Virus record (IMG/VR): IMGVR_UViG_3300023112_001138
Span: 1 to 64,000 of that record
Origin: a virus
Direction: 5' to 3' (one strand)
Length of the DNA: 64,000 nucleotides
Shown here: positions 44,948 to 55,055 of the stretch, in pieces
Numbering within the stretch: the stretch's first letter is position 1
Layout: every line of letters begins with the position of its first letter
Made by a program: the position numbers and the translations under genes
Notes under the pieces: generated by a model
The model's database searches: none
Told to the model about the DNA's origin: nothing
What the model saw: the letters and a program-made list of their open reading frames with translations, nothing else

Positions 44948-46378
44948 TTAATGTAATTGATCCACTTGGTTAACTATATTAAATTTAATGGCGTCTGTGA
45001 GTGTTTTAACTTGTAAATTAGAGGTTAACTTGATATCTATATGGTATTCGTTAGGTATCATCCAAGAAGTGTCTAAAACGAAGTAATTTTTAAGATAAGC
45101 CCTATTAATATCTTCCCACTCAATAACGTTAACTTGTGTGTTCCCTTCCCTCACCCATAACCTATATTGTAAACCATCAATAACTTCACTTTGATTAATG
45201 GTGAATGGTATTCTTGCTGAAACTAATATTTTTCTTTTGTCTCCTCTTTTAATCTTTTCGTCCCTTTTAACACCACTTAATGATATTGCGTATTCTATTG
45301 GTAGTGATTCATTATCACCGATATTGTAATAATCAGTGTCATCCTTAATTTCAAACTCTAATGATACATTTGGTCGATTAACCCCCCCTATATTAATATC
45401 ACCCCAAGTATCCATAAATAAACAACCATCCTCTTGCGTTATTGGAACAAATACTTCAGCATAATAAATACCTGTGGTTACATGTACTGTTTGTGCGGTT
45501 GTTATTGATGAAAATACGTTACCAGATTCATCATAAATGGTAACACTAGGATTATTATCGAGATTAGTTGGTTCACCACCTAAATTACTATAAAGGTATA
45601 ACTTATTTGTTTTACCCCTATAAAAGTTTTTTCTATCATCTATAACCGTATCGTTATAAGTAGTTTCTAAAAATGGTTCGTAATACGTTTGGGTATGTCT
45701 ACTGAAAAACCCAACGAATTGTGCGGGATTTTTAATAAGTATTTCTAAATCTCTCTCAAATGCGATACCATAACCATAATTTGTTGTCCCACCAGTAATT
45801 AAACTATTAACCTCATCGGACATATCCATTTCAATATTTTCATTACCTTTATCAAAATGTTGTGTGGTTATCGTAATTGCTGATGGTGACCCCGAATAAA
45901 CACCTCCACTATCCCAAGGAGTTGTTGTTGTCGCATTTAACCAATTACTAGCACCTTCAACAAAAGTTATGTTATCTGAAGATTCAACTACACCCCTATC
46001 TTTATCTCCCGATTTAAATATTCTTTGGTAATCGTATCCACATCCCTCATCCCATGATTTATTAACTCTAAATAATACCAGATCAAATGAGAAAGTTCTT
46101 CGTTTACTATCTAATAATTCTTGTGCTTGTAGATCCGCATCAAAAAAAGAACTATTACACATTTTAAGTGTGTGAACCACATTAGATAAATCACCTAGCT
46201 CACCATTATTATATTGTGTTTGTAATGTATCAATATCGAAATATAATAAATGTCTAGTATAATTAGTGGCCGATTCACTTCCACCATAATATAATTCAGT
46301 GATAGGGTTTCTACCAGTATTAATAATAGTATCCTTAATTAATGTGTTGTTTTTATCTATGTATGTTCTAGTTACCAT
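44948..46378 (-). CDS. Putative virion structural protein (beta-rich)
   Basis: 476 aa; LFRVNKSWDEG...SNW...PW motif; box (minus strand) at 46386-46394; next to the spike-like gene. Confidence 0.55.
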   Translation of the reverse strand: MVTRTYIDKNNTLIKDTIINTGRNPITELYYGGSESATNYTRHLLYFDIDTLQTQYNNGELGDLSNVVHTLKMCNSSFFDADLQAQELLDSKRRTFSFDLVLFRVNKSWDEGCGYDYQRIFKSGDKDRGVVESSDNITFVEGASNWLNATTTTPWDSGGVYSGSPSAITITTQHFDKGNENIEMDMSDEVNSLITGGTTNYGYGIAFERDLEILIKNPAQFVGFFSRHTQTYYEPFLETTYNDTVIDDRKNFYRGKTNKLYLYSNLGGEPTNLDNNPSVTIYDESGNVFSSITTAQTVHVTTGIYYAEVFVPITQEDGCLFMDTWGDINIGGVNRPNVSLEFEIKDDTDYYNIGDNESLPIEYAISLSGVKRDEKIKRGDKRKILVSARIPFTINQSEVIDGLQYRLWVREGNTQVNVIEWEDINRAYLKNYFVLDTSWMIPNEYHIDIKLTSNLQVKTLTDAIKFNIVNQVDQLH

Positions 46379-46395
46379 TTTTATATATAAATATA

Positions 46396-47733
46396 CTAAT
46401 TACTGTTAATGTTTTTATTTAATATACTATCTAAGTCAAAATTTAAAACATTTATCTTATTAGGTAAATCTGTGGAAGGCATACCATGATAATTATGTAT
46501 ATGTAATGATACATATCTTTTCATTAATTCTAAAAATTCTACTAGTTTATCCCCATACACTAAGGGGTGAGCTTCATTATTTATTTTTTCTTGAACTTCA
46601 TCAGTAATTAAACTTTCTGGATTAGTTAAATCAAACGTATGGTTACCATCGTGACTTATTAAATTAATTTTACTAGCTACCACATTCAATACACTAGATT
46701 TTTTATCTTTATCTGGTATTAATTTAATAACTTTAATGGTTTTTTTAACTTCTTTTTTTGCGCCTTTAAAAAATGCGACTTGATTTAAAACTCCTTCGTC
46801 ACCCCCATAATTCTTCAACACTTCATTAGCGTTAGATTTTAGTTTCCATTTTCCAGTTTTATATGGTAATATCCAAGCATAAGCAGCAATTAACGCTGCC
46901 TCTCTATTGGGGAAGGTGGTGGGTGTCATTGATGCAATATTCACCTTTGTTGTTATATCTGTAACCTTTATTTCTACAATAGTATCCCCAACATTTAAAA
47001 TATATTCGTTAGGTGTTAAATCCCCAGCTAATGTATTTGGGTCAGTTCCTTGTGTTTGTGTATTAATTTTAACATTTATTAATGTTTTTGCATCATCATA
47101 TACGTAATTAGTTATTACTTTTTCCTCTGTTGTCCTTTTTAATTGTTCACCACCATATTTAAGTTGTATATACCCAAGATCTTTATTATTAAATTCATTT
47201 CTTTCGGGCGTATCTATAAATTTACCAGCTCTTATCCATATTTCACCATTCTCATTTTGTTCCCCCTTATCTTTAAAAATTATATCAGCATTATTTCTAC
47301 CTTGTAAACTTATGTCTAATTTATCTGGATATGACCCCTTAAAATCCTTACCTACGGGATTACTTAATTTTAGTTGCCCGTCTGCCATTAATGACCTAGC
47401 ACTTTTTTTAGGGTCAAAATTTAATTTAGTTATTTCAGATACAACAGGTCCAATCCAGAATCTTTGGGTTTGGTATTCTGCATACTTTGCAATGTGTCTA
47501 CTCTCGTATTGGAAAAGGAAAACTATCTCACCTTCTTTTGGTAATATATTTAAGTATTTTGGTAGTAGGGGTACACAATATGGTAAATTTGCATCGGACA
47601 CATCTTTATCTATCCCTTCTATTCTACATTGTATTCTTCCAGTTCTTTTCGAGTCTACCGCACTAATAACCTCACCAACCCTTATCATTGGTATAGTTTT
47701 ATTATCTCTACTATCTTTATATCTATCTCCCAT
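46396..47733 (-). CDS. Baseplate hub/central spike protein (gp5/VgrG-like OB fold)
   Basis: GEVISAVDSKRTGRIQCRI...PLLP...LPKEGEIV OB fold; QGRNNADI; C-terminal HIH metal-binding tip motif. Confidence 0.7.
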   Translation of the reverse strand: MGDRYKDSRDNKTIPMIRVGEVISAVDSKRTGRIQCRIEGIDKDVSDANLPYCVPLLPKYLNILPKEGEIVFLFQYESRHIAKYAEYQTQRFWIGPVVSEITKLNFDPKKSARSLMADGQLKLSNPVGKDFKGSYPDKLDISLQGRNNADIIFKDKGEQNENGEIWIRAGKFIDTPERNEFNNKDLGYIQLKYGGEQLKRTTEEKVITNYVYDDAKTLINVKINTQTQGTDPNTLAGDLTPNEYILNVGDTIVEIKVTDITTKVNIASMTPTTFPNREAALIAAYAWILPYKTGKWKLKSNANEVLKNYGGDEGVLNQVAFFKGAKKEVKKTIKVIKLIPDKDKKSSVLNVVASKINLISHDGNHTFDLTNPESLITDEVQEKINNEAHPLVYGDKLVEFLELMKRYVSLHIHNYHGMPSTDLPNKINVLNFDLDSILNKNINSN

Positions 47734-47931
47734 TTATTCTATACCTTTATGTCGTTTGTTTAATATTGTATTCCCTAAATAATATTCTTTTTCTATATCC
47801 ATTAAATTTTCTAAAAGGGTATCTATTTTATTTTTAAGGGCAATATGACCATGTTTTAAAGATTCTAATTCTTCTTTTATTTTTTTATTAGATTTATTAC
47901 CCCAATCCATATGCTCTACTTTAATATCCAT
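47734..47931 (-). CDS. Small coiled-coil hypothetical protein
   Basis: 65-aa ORF abutting its neighbours. Confidence 0.6.
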   Translation of the reverse strand: MDIKVEHMDWGNKSNKKIKEELESLKHGHIALKNKIDTLLENLMDIEKEYYLGNTILNKRHKGIE

Positions 47932-48335
47932 TACCTTATAATACCGTAACCTTTTATTGTCGCAAAAGGTGGTGTATCATTAACACCGATTCCTATTGGT
48001 GGTGATTGACCTGGAACACCTGCATAAACAGTAACTTGAAGCGCATTGGGTGGGATCACTATATCTACTTTTGCGTTGGCAATTAATTCATTTAATATTG
48101 CTTCTACCCTAATTCTTTCCATCCTTAAATCTTCTTCTGATGGTACATTAGGAACACCCGCTTGAGTTTTTCTAGTTTTAATCTCATTATACACTCTCGA
48201 TGGACTAATACCAGTTTTATTAATTGGGACACCCTTCCGTATAATTTCTTTATTTATAGGTATAGGTGGCGTGTATAGTGTCATTAACCCCTTAAAAAAT
48301 CCAAGTACTGTTTTTATACTTTGTATTGCTGCCAT
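47931..48335 (-). CDS. Hypothetical protein, possibly baseplate-associated
   Basis: 134-aa ORF in the same operon as the spike-like gene. Confidence 0.55.
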   Translation of the reverse strand: MAAIQSIKTVLGFFKGLMTLYTPPIPINKEIIRKGVPINKTGISPSRVYNEIKTRKTQAGVPNVPSEEDLRMERIRVEAILNELIANAKVDIVIPPNALQVTVYAGVPGQSPPIGIGVNDTPPFATIKGYGIIR

Positions 48336-48347
48336 AATTTCATATTT

Positions 48348-49985
48348 TTAATCACAAAATTTACCATCTTTAGTTTCACCCTTTTTAGAATTACCTAAAC
48401 CACCTGCTGGGACTGGTAAATTAACTTTATTTAGTGCGGTTCCTACTTTACCCGCAGCATCTTTTACGTTACCCATCGCTTTAGTTATTTTATCTTTAGT
48501 TTCCTCCCTTATATTAACATTAACTAATAAACTTTCCAAGGTTAACTTCTGAATTTTTAATTTCTCTTGTATAATCCATTTTAATGCACATATTATTATA
48601 GGTTTTAAATTTTTTAAAATAAAAGGGATCAAAAGTTCATATATTAGTTTTCTTAATAGTTCACCTAATATGTTACCGATAATACACGCATTAAACTTTA
48701 AAAATTCCCCAGTAGAGGCGTATCTACTTTTATTTTCAACTAAGTACCCCATCATAATTATAGGTACGTTAACCTTGGGTGATAGTGTTAATTTAGTTGT
48801 CACAATAGATAAACTATTTAAAAAATTACCAATAAAATCTCTTCTTGCCTTATCTACATCTCCAGAATTAACATTATTAGCGCTTTGTTCTGACATACTC
48901 CTCATAGACTTATCTATTTCTCCGGCCTTTTCAGAATTACTCATATTAGGGTCACTTAATTTTTCATTTAATTCTGTTAATGATTCTATACTAACTGATG
49001 CCGTTTTTTTACTACAACATTCAGTAAATGGTCTAACACCCTTTTTATTGTTTCTTACTGCCTCCTTTATATTTTTTAGTTCCGGGGTAGAGAATTCAAA
49101 AAATGAATCATCTACCACCACGTCTGCATCGTCAAGACCGTTATCTATCATTTTTTCCAAACCTTTCTCAAACTCAATTTTTTTAGTAACACACGCAGTG
49201 GACATGTCTACGTTACTAGTTATTGATCCATATAGTAAATCTATGGTTGCAGGAATAACTTTCGATATATCAAAGGGTGGGAACTGACTAGTTATATATT
49301 CATTAGTAAATGTGGTTAAAGACTTTCCACTATATGAGGGGTTAATTTTAATATTAAAAACATTATTTCTGGGGTCTTCGTTTTGTTGGGCTCCGGGGCT
49401 ATTGGTAGAAACATTTGCGGCTTGTTCAATAAATGTAACATCTACTATTGGGTTGTTACTTTTTGGGTCTTCCCATGTGGAAGATGTACCAGCATTTTGG
49501 ATTCTGTCATATAGAAATCTGTTCATATCATCTCCACCATCATATAAAAATTGACCCGCTATTGAGCTTGGTGCGGTTTTAAACATACAATCTCTATCTA
49601 TTTGTTCTAATTCTACATTAAACCCAACATCAAATAACCAACTAGGTATTTTAGGATTTATCTTACAAGTGTAACATTTTTTTATTGCTTCTTTTATAAT
49701 GTCCCCCAATCTTTCTAGTAGAGGTTGTAAATTATTAACTAACCAATCAACAATCAATGCTCTTATCTCATCTATTTTTAAATTACCTAAAACGGCCATA
49801 ATATCCCTAAGAAAATTAATAACCGCAAAATTTACATTAATAGATGGTAATGATGTATCAATATTTAAAAAAGGTGGTCCAGCACAAAAAGATTTGATGC
49901 CTTTTATTTGATCCAGAACTTCTTGTTTTGCTTTACGAATATCTTCTATAGTATCGCATATTCTATTTTGTTCTCCGTCACCCAT
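48348..49985 (-). CDS. Large helical Cys-containing hypothetical protein, probably virion/baseplate
   Basis: 545-aa ORF, operon context. Confidence 0.55.
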   Translation of the reverse strand: MGDGEQNRICDTIEDIRKAKQEVLDQIKGIKSFCAGPPFLNIDTSLPSINVNFAVINFLRDIMAVLGNLKIDEIRALIVDWLVNNLQPLLERLGDIIKEAIKKCYTCKINPKIPSWLFDVGFNVELEQIDRDCMFKTAPSSIAGQFLYDGGDDMNRFLYDRIQNAGTSSTWEDPKSNNPIVDVTFIEQAANVSTNSPGAQQNEDPRNNVFNIKINPSYSGKSLTTFTNEYITSQFPPFDISKVIPATIDLLYGSITSNVDMSTACVTKKIEFEKGLEKMIDNGLDDADVVVDDSFFEFSTPELKNIKEAVRNNKKGVRPFTECCSKKTASVSIESLTELNEKLSDPNMSNSEKAGEIDKSMRSMSEQSANNVNSGDVDKARRDFIGNFLNSLSIVTTKLTLSPKVNVPIIMMGYLVENKSRYASTGEFLKFNACIIGNILGELLRKLIYELLIPFILKNLKPIIICALKWIIQEKLKIQKLTLESLLVNVNIREETKDKITKAMGNVKDAAGKVGTALNKVNLPVPAGGLGNSKKGETKDGKFCD

Positions 49986-50369
49986 TTAATCTAAATCATA
50001 TTCTATATTATCTCTTGATTGTTTTTCATTAAATAACTCTCTTAATGCGTCTTTGTCTTTATCTGAAAATGATTTATCACTAACATTTTCATCGTTAGAT
50101 GACCTATTATCTGATACTATTTGACTTTGTAACTTTGCTAGTGATAATTTCTTATCAATAGTAGAATCAATTAATTTTAATGTATCATTATTAACCTTCC
50201 CAATCATAGATTCATCGTTAACGTCATCTATATCTACTCTATTTTTTCTTTCATTTAATTCTTTACGAGCACTATTCATCATATTACTACAATCATTATA
50301 AATTTCTTGCATAAATTCACGCAAACTATCCTTATCTAAATGTATCTTAGTTTTTTTTGGTCTCGCCAT
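49986..50369 (-). CDS. Hypothetical protein, weakly resembling T4-type small terminase
   Basis: Helical 127 aa; KVNNDTLKLIDSTIDKKLSLAKL; box (minus strand) at 50384-50392. Confidence 0.4.
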   Translation of the reverse strand: MARPKKTKIHLDKDSLREFMQEIYNDCSNMMNSARKELNERKNRVDIDDVNDESMIGKVNNDTLKLIDSTIDKKLSLAKLQSQIVSDNRSSNDENVSDKSFSDKDKDALRELFNEKQSRDNIEYDLD

Positions 50370-50407
50370 AGGTTCCTTTTTACTATAAATATCAAAGATT
50401 AATATTT

Positions 50408-51148
50408 TTATAAAGATCCTTGATCTATCTTAATATTCTTTAACGCAGTATATATTTTTTTAAATCTCCTCATTGATACCCTAATATCTTTAGTAGATAA
50501 CCCAGATATCTCCCTTATATAGGACAATATTAAATTTTTGTTATATTTATTCCCACTTTCTACCTGCTCAAATATAGTTTCCCAGTCTTCTAACACTACA
50601 ATTAATGCATTACCTACACGCTTTTCATTTTCAGTAATTTTTAACCCAGATAATTCTTCTTTAATGTTAGAGGATATTTCTAATATGAAAACATCTAGCG
50701 GTGTTTTATCTTCATCTTCTAAGTTATATATATAATCATCCATCTTCTCCACTGTTGAGTACATGTCTTCGTATGATAAATCAGATTTCATCTTTTTATC
50801 GGATTTTAATAATTGACCCAATAGATAATTTTTACAAATGGTACCAAAATAGGAGTATGCTTTTTTATTTTTAGATGGTTGAAACTTTTCCATCTTTGTG
50901 GCTAAAAAAGAAAGGGTGTCGGAATGAATATCTTCATAAGTGTAATCTTTCCTATATAATTTATACCGCCTAATGATTGACTCAATCATCTTATTTAGTG
51001 GTGCCTTTAAAAATGTATTATATATTTTATTTCTTTCTTCGTAATCGTCAGAGGTTAAAAATTCAACAACAGCTTTTTCTTGTTCAGGGCCAAAGTATAA
51101 ATTAGTTGTCCTTTTTCTACCCCTCTTGTTGGTGGGTTTTTCGGACAT
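50408..51148 (-). CDS. Phage sigma factor (gp55-like, late transcription)
   Basis: Sigma region 2-like KMEKFQPSKNKKAYSYFGTICKNYL; N-terminal YF motif; C-terminal helix-turn-helix-like IREISGLSTKDI. Confidence 0.65.
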   Translation of the reverse strand: MSEKPTNKRGRKRTTNLYFGPEQEKAVVEFLTSDDYEERNKIYNTFLKAPLNKMIESIIRRYKLYRKDYTYEDIHSDTLSFLATKMEKFQPSKNKKAYSYFGTICKNYLLGQLLKSDKKMKSDLSYEDMYSTVEKMDDYIYNLEDEDKTPLDVFILEISSNIKEELSGLKITENEKRVGNALIVVLEDWETIFEQVESGNKYNKNLILSYIREISGLSTKDIRVSMRRFKKIYTALKNIKIDQGSL

Positions 51149-51945
51149 TAATTTGTTTCTAATTCATATGTTATTTCTCTATCTTCAGTGAAAAAATATT
51201 CTTTTTTAGCTTTATTAACCCAAAACTTACTTTCCATTACATCTACAGTGTTTTTATAGTGATCAAACAATGAATCTTTTCTATTGTTAGTATGTTTATA
51301 CCCTAGTTTTGGTATTACCATAATTGGTATGGATAAGTAACTCATTCTTAATAGGAATTCATATGTAAACGTTAACTTCATATGTGTTTTAATACCACCA
51401 TGTTCCTCATATAATGATTTATTAACAATCATTCCATCGAAATTAAAATTCTGAATCCTCTGGAGTGTGTTATTATCTAATAACCCCATTTCTTCACTTA
51501 CATTTTTACCCCATATAGTTTCATTTGTAAAAGAAATAAATTGACCATTTTCATCACATTCAAATACTATAGGTAGGAAAACGCCAACTTCAGGGTATGC
51601 ATTTACATACTCTACCCCATTTTTGATCCATATTTGGGACATTTCATCATCATACTCTAAAAATGTAAAATACTCAGTATCGCATTTACTAACACCAAAA
51701 TTCATTTGTGATGGAAACCCATAGTCTCCATTTGTATTCTCAACCACCCTAGTTATTTCTTTTATCTCACCGTAATCAAACTTATCAAGTAGTGTTTTAA
51801 GTTTTTTATCTTTAGACCTAACTATTAATAATTCTTTAGGTTTAACTGATTGTGTTGCGATACTAGTTATTGCTCTTTTTAATAAAGTTTCTGTATTTTC
51901 TTGTACCTCATGTATTGGTAATATTACTGTAATATTATTGGACAT
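51148..51945 (-). CDS. Glycosyltransferase family 2
   Basis: ITVILPIH...SIATQ...NFGV...YFTFLEYDD. Confidence 0.85.
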   Translation of the reverse strand: MSNNITVILPIHEVQENTETLLKRAITSIATQSVKPKELLIVRSKDKKLKTLLDKFDYGEIKEITRVVENTNGDYGFPSQMNFGVSKCDTEYFTFLEYDDEMSQIWIKNGVEYVNAYPEVGVFLPIVFECDENGQFISFTNETIWGKNVSEEMGLLDNNTLQRIQNFNFDGMIVNKSLYEEHGGIKTHMKLTFTYEFLLRMSYLSIPIMVIPKLGYKHTNNRKDSLFDHYKNTVDVMESKFWVNKAKKEYFFTEDREITYELETN

Positions 51946-51957
51946 ATTTAATTATTT

Positions 51958-53103
51958 TTATTTTTTGTTATTTTCAATTTGTAATTCAGGGGTAGTATTT
52001 AATTTCTCCTGTTCTTTTTCCCCAATGGTTTGCAACTCAACTATCCTTCTACCAAAAATTCTATTATATACTTCTTTAATAGAATTTTTCATCTCATCTT
52101 CAGTATATTTAGATTTATATTCTTCCATTGATTCTAATAAATTAGTAGGGATAGCATCCTCTAAATATAATCCAACTACGGTTGCAATTATATCTGGTAT
52201 TGCATTTAAATTTGCTGTCCATATACCATTATCATTTAAATTTAAATTACCATTTTCATCCACAGCTCCCATCCATTCAGGAACCATTCTAGGTATCTTA
52301 CCAACAACAGGTGTTCCACATTTCATAGATTCTATTGGGAATGTACCAAAACTAGATAATTCGTCAACCCACACACTTAAAAAGGATTTGGATAATTCCT
52401 TAGCGAATTCTTCTCTAGGTAATCCAGACATATCTCTAAATGTGATGAACTGATATTGTGGGTATTTTTGATAAAATATTTTAACTATTTTTAACACTTC
52501 TCTTTTATCTCTAGCTGATAATGCAACTGTAGGTATCTTTGGTTTTTCATTCTCTTTGAAATACTCTGGAATTGCCACAGGAACGATTTCAGTAGATAAA
52601 TTCCTAAATATCGATTCTATATAATTTTTAAGATTTTCATTTGTGGTTATAACCTCATTAATACCAAAATTTTGCCAATTCTCACCAATTTCTAACATCT
52701 CAAACACATATTCATATGATTGTAGAAAAACTAATCGTTTACAAGGAAATTTAGATGTTTGTTTCATAACACTAGCGAATGCTTCAGGTATAACAACAAA
52801 ATCTGATGGTCCAACTTGCAATGTTTGCGATTCGATAGAAACGTGTGGTAAATTGGCGTATTCTTCACCTAACCACTCAGCAATACCAATCCCAGTTTCA
52901 TCTTCTCTAAGTTTATAATCATTTTTATCATGTAGAATTTGGGCATTAAATCCTAATTCTCTTAATACCTTAACATGTTCATATATAGTTGCAACACCAG
53001 CAGTGGGGTTACCTTTCGTATCAAGGGTAAAAAAATAAATACCGAAGTCCTTATCGGTTATTTTTTTTATTGATTCATTTATTGCGTTAATTTGTTCACT
53101 CAT
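51958..53103 (-). CDS. Glycosyltransferase, GT-B/GT4-like
   Basis: AGVATIYEHVKVLRELG; DFVVIPE; SFGTFPIESMKCGTPVVG. Confidence 0.8.
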   Translation of the reverse strand: MSEQINAINESIKKITDKDFGIYFFTLDTKGNPTAGVATIYEHVKVLRELGFNAQILHDKNDYKLREDETGIGIAEWLGEEYANLPHVSIESQTLQVGPSDFVVIPEAFASVMKQTSKFPCKRLVFLQSYEYVFEMLEIGENWQNFGINEVITTNENLKNYIESIFRNLSTEIVPVAIPEYFKENEKPKIPTVALSARDKREVLKIVKIFYQKYPQYQFITFRDMSGLPREEFAKELSKSFLSVWVDELSSFGTFPIESMKCGTPVVGKIPRMVPEWMGAVDENGNLNLNDNGIWTANLNAIPDIIATVVGLYLEDAIPTNLLESMEEYKSKYTEDEMKNSIKEVYNRIFGRRIVELQTIGEKEQEKLNTTPELQIENNKK

Positions 53104-53115
53104 ATTTTTATTTTT

Positions 53116-53421
53116 TTATAATTCTTTTATTATTCCTTTCATTAGTAATGTATTAAAAGATAATTTAAAGGGTATCGGTAACGAATTTAATGCCATAATC
53201 CCCATTTTATCATCTATTATTTCACCACAACCTAATAATGTCCCCACAAGATCTCGATACATTTCGTATTTTGCAACATCTATTTGTAAGGTATTTTGTA
53301 TGATATTTTCCGATGATTCAACAACTGTAACAGGTTCATTATCTACTTTAACTGCTTCTGACATCGCATCAATGTCTAAGTAAAATTCTTTTCCCCCAAT
53401 TTCTAATAAAATATTATCCAT
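53116..53421 (-). CDS. Hypothetical protein
   Basis: Start moved to ATG 53421 (MDNILLEIGG). Confidence 0.6.
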   Translation of the reverse strand: MDNILLEIGGKEFYLDIDAMSEAVKVDNEPVTVVESSENIIQNTLQIDVAKYEMYRDLVGTLLGCGEIIDDKMGIMALNSLPIPFKLSFNTLLMKGIIKEL

Positions 53422-53482
53422 ATGCTTTTTTAAAAAATGTAAAATAAGTATCCCCTTAAGTAAACACTTAAAAATTATTAAT

Positions 53483-54112
53483 TTATATATCCTCAAATTC
53501 AACAGTTTCCGTACTTAGTACCTTTTCTAAAGTATTTCTATCGTCTAATAGCTCTTTTAAATCGACTAATGTGTAATCAGAATCTATATTTTTATTATAT
53601 TCGTTTATTACCTTTATTGATATCTTACCCGATGGTTTAATTTTTAACGTTTCAGGGTTGGCGGTTATTAATATATCAACATGATCCCATTTTTTATCAT
53701 AATCTCTAACAAATATTATATTATTTATTTTAGAGGATAATTTAGATAAAAAGAATAAAGTTGCTGGTTTGCTATTATTTAACTCTTTGCTAATAACAAT
53801 TGGTGTATGACCTAAATCTTCAATTATATTATGTAGTTGGTTTAGATGTTCCACACTATTTAATTTAACTTCACCTGCGTGACCGAAAATCTCTAACGCA
53901 GCGTCTACATACATAAACTCATTAAGTTCCTTTGTACCACCTGAAAATTCAAAATAGTCTAATAAATCTAAAGTTTTTATATCTCTTTCTGGTAATTCTT
54001 CTGTTTCTTCTTCCGATTCATCTATATCCACTGGGTAATATTTATCATAAACTGACTCAAACTTTGTTATGAAATCTCTTATAACACCATCTATTGTAAT
54101 ACCTACTTTCAT
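53483..54112 (-). CDS. HAD-superfamily 5'(3')-nucleotidase-like protein, degenerate motif I
   Basis: KVGITIDGVIRDF; KWDHVDILITANP. Confidence 0.6.
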   Translation of the reverse strand: MKVGITIDGVIRDFITKFESVYDKYYPVDIDESEEETEELPERDIKTLDLLDYFEFSGGTKELNEFMYVDAALEIFGHAGEVKLNSVEHLNQLHNIIEDLGHTPIVISKELNNSKPATLFFLSKLSSKINNIIFVRDYDKKWDHVDILITANPETLKIKPSGKISIKVINEYNKNIDSDYTLVDLKELLDDRNTLEKVLSTETVEFEDI

Positions 54113-54258
54113 ACCTTTTCTATTTTATAAATTTTGAATATCTCTTTCTTAGGTAATTGTTTAACTTTAGAAAAATATTCTATAGCTAATTCCAATGAAC
54201 TCTGTTTAGTGGTGTTTATTACTTCACCAGACATATTTTTTAATACATATTTATACAT
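54109..54258 (-). CDS. Small hypothetical protein (49 aa), not in ORF track
   Basis: MYKYVLKNMSGEVINTTKQSSLELAIEYFSKVKQLPKKEIFKIYKIEKV*; ATGA overlap with the next gene. Confidence 0.55.
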   Translation of the reverse strand: MYKYVLKNMSGEVINTTKQSSLELAIEYFSKVKQLPKKEIFKIYKIEKV

Positions 54259-54262
54259 AAAT

Positions 54263-55018
54263 TTACCCTTCTAACTCTTCAAAAACCTTTTCGATTATTT
54301 TGATTACTGGGTTTCTAACTACATCGTCAGGGTTTCTAAGTGAAACACAACCAAAACCATCTATACCTTCAAACTTATCAATTACAACTTCTAATGAACT
54401 ATTCTTAGGGTTCTTAATATCTTTTTGTTTAATATCACCAAGAATAACCATCTTGGAGTTATCACCTATCCTCGTCATAAGGGTTCTCATATTCTGTATA
54501 GATATGTTTTGTGCCTCATCAATAATGATAATAGTATTATCTATACTTCTTCCCCTAACAAATGCTAGTGGTTGTATCTGTATTAACCCCAACTCACGTA
54601 ATTTATTAGTTAACGACTCACCAATAATCTTTTCAAAGTTATCAATAAATGATATCATATAAGGATCCAACTTATCTTTCAAATCACCTGGTAAAAAACC
54701 TAATTCTTCACCTGGTAACTGTATAACAGATTTAACCAATAAAATCTTTTTATATTTAGGTTTTGTTTTAATTAGTTTAAGTGCTTCAGCACAGGCCAAA
54801 AACGTCTTTCCAGTACCTGGAAGTCCCGAAACTATAGTGATTTCATTATTTTTAATAGACTCTATTACTAACTTTTGGTTTTCATTCTTACATTTAATAT
54901 TTACAGACATCGACTTTAGGAATTTATCCTCCTCAGCGTTTTTCTTATAAACAAAATTTTGTACTTCCTCTAATTCTTCTTCTGAGAGTTTACCTCGTCT
55001 TCTACTTGTTTTTGACAT
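54263..55018 (-). CDS. phoH: PhoH family ATPase
   Basis: GLPGTGKT; LGFLPGDL; FVRGRS; IIDEAQN; TRIG; VVRNP. Confidence 0.95.
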   Translation of the reverse strand: MSKTSRRRGKLSEEELEEVQNFVYKKNAEEDKFLKSMSVNIKCKNENQKLVIESIKNNEITIVSGLPGTGKTFLACAEALKLIKTKPKYKKILLVKSVIQLPGEELGFLPGDLKDKLDPYMISFIDNFEKIIGESLTNKLRELGLIQIQPLAFVRGRSIDNTIIIIDEAQNISIQNMRTLMTRIGDNSKMVILGDIKQKDIKNPKNSSLEVVIDKFEGIDGFGCVSLRNPDDVVRNPVIKIIEKVFEELEG

Positions 55019-55055
55019 ATATTAATAATAGCGTATTAATTAAATATTGTGAATG

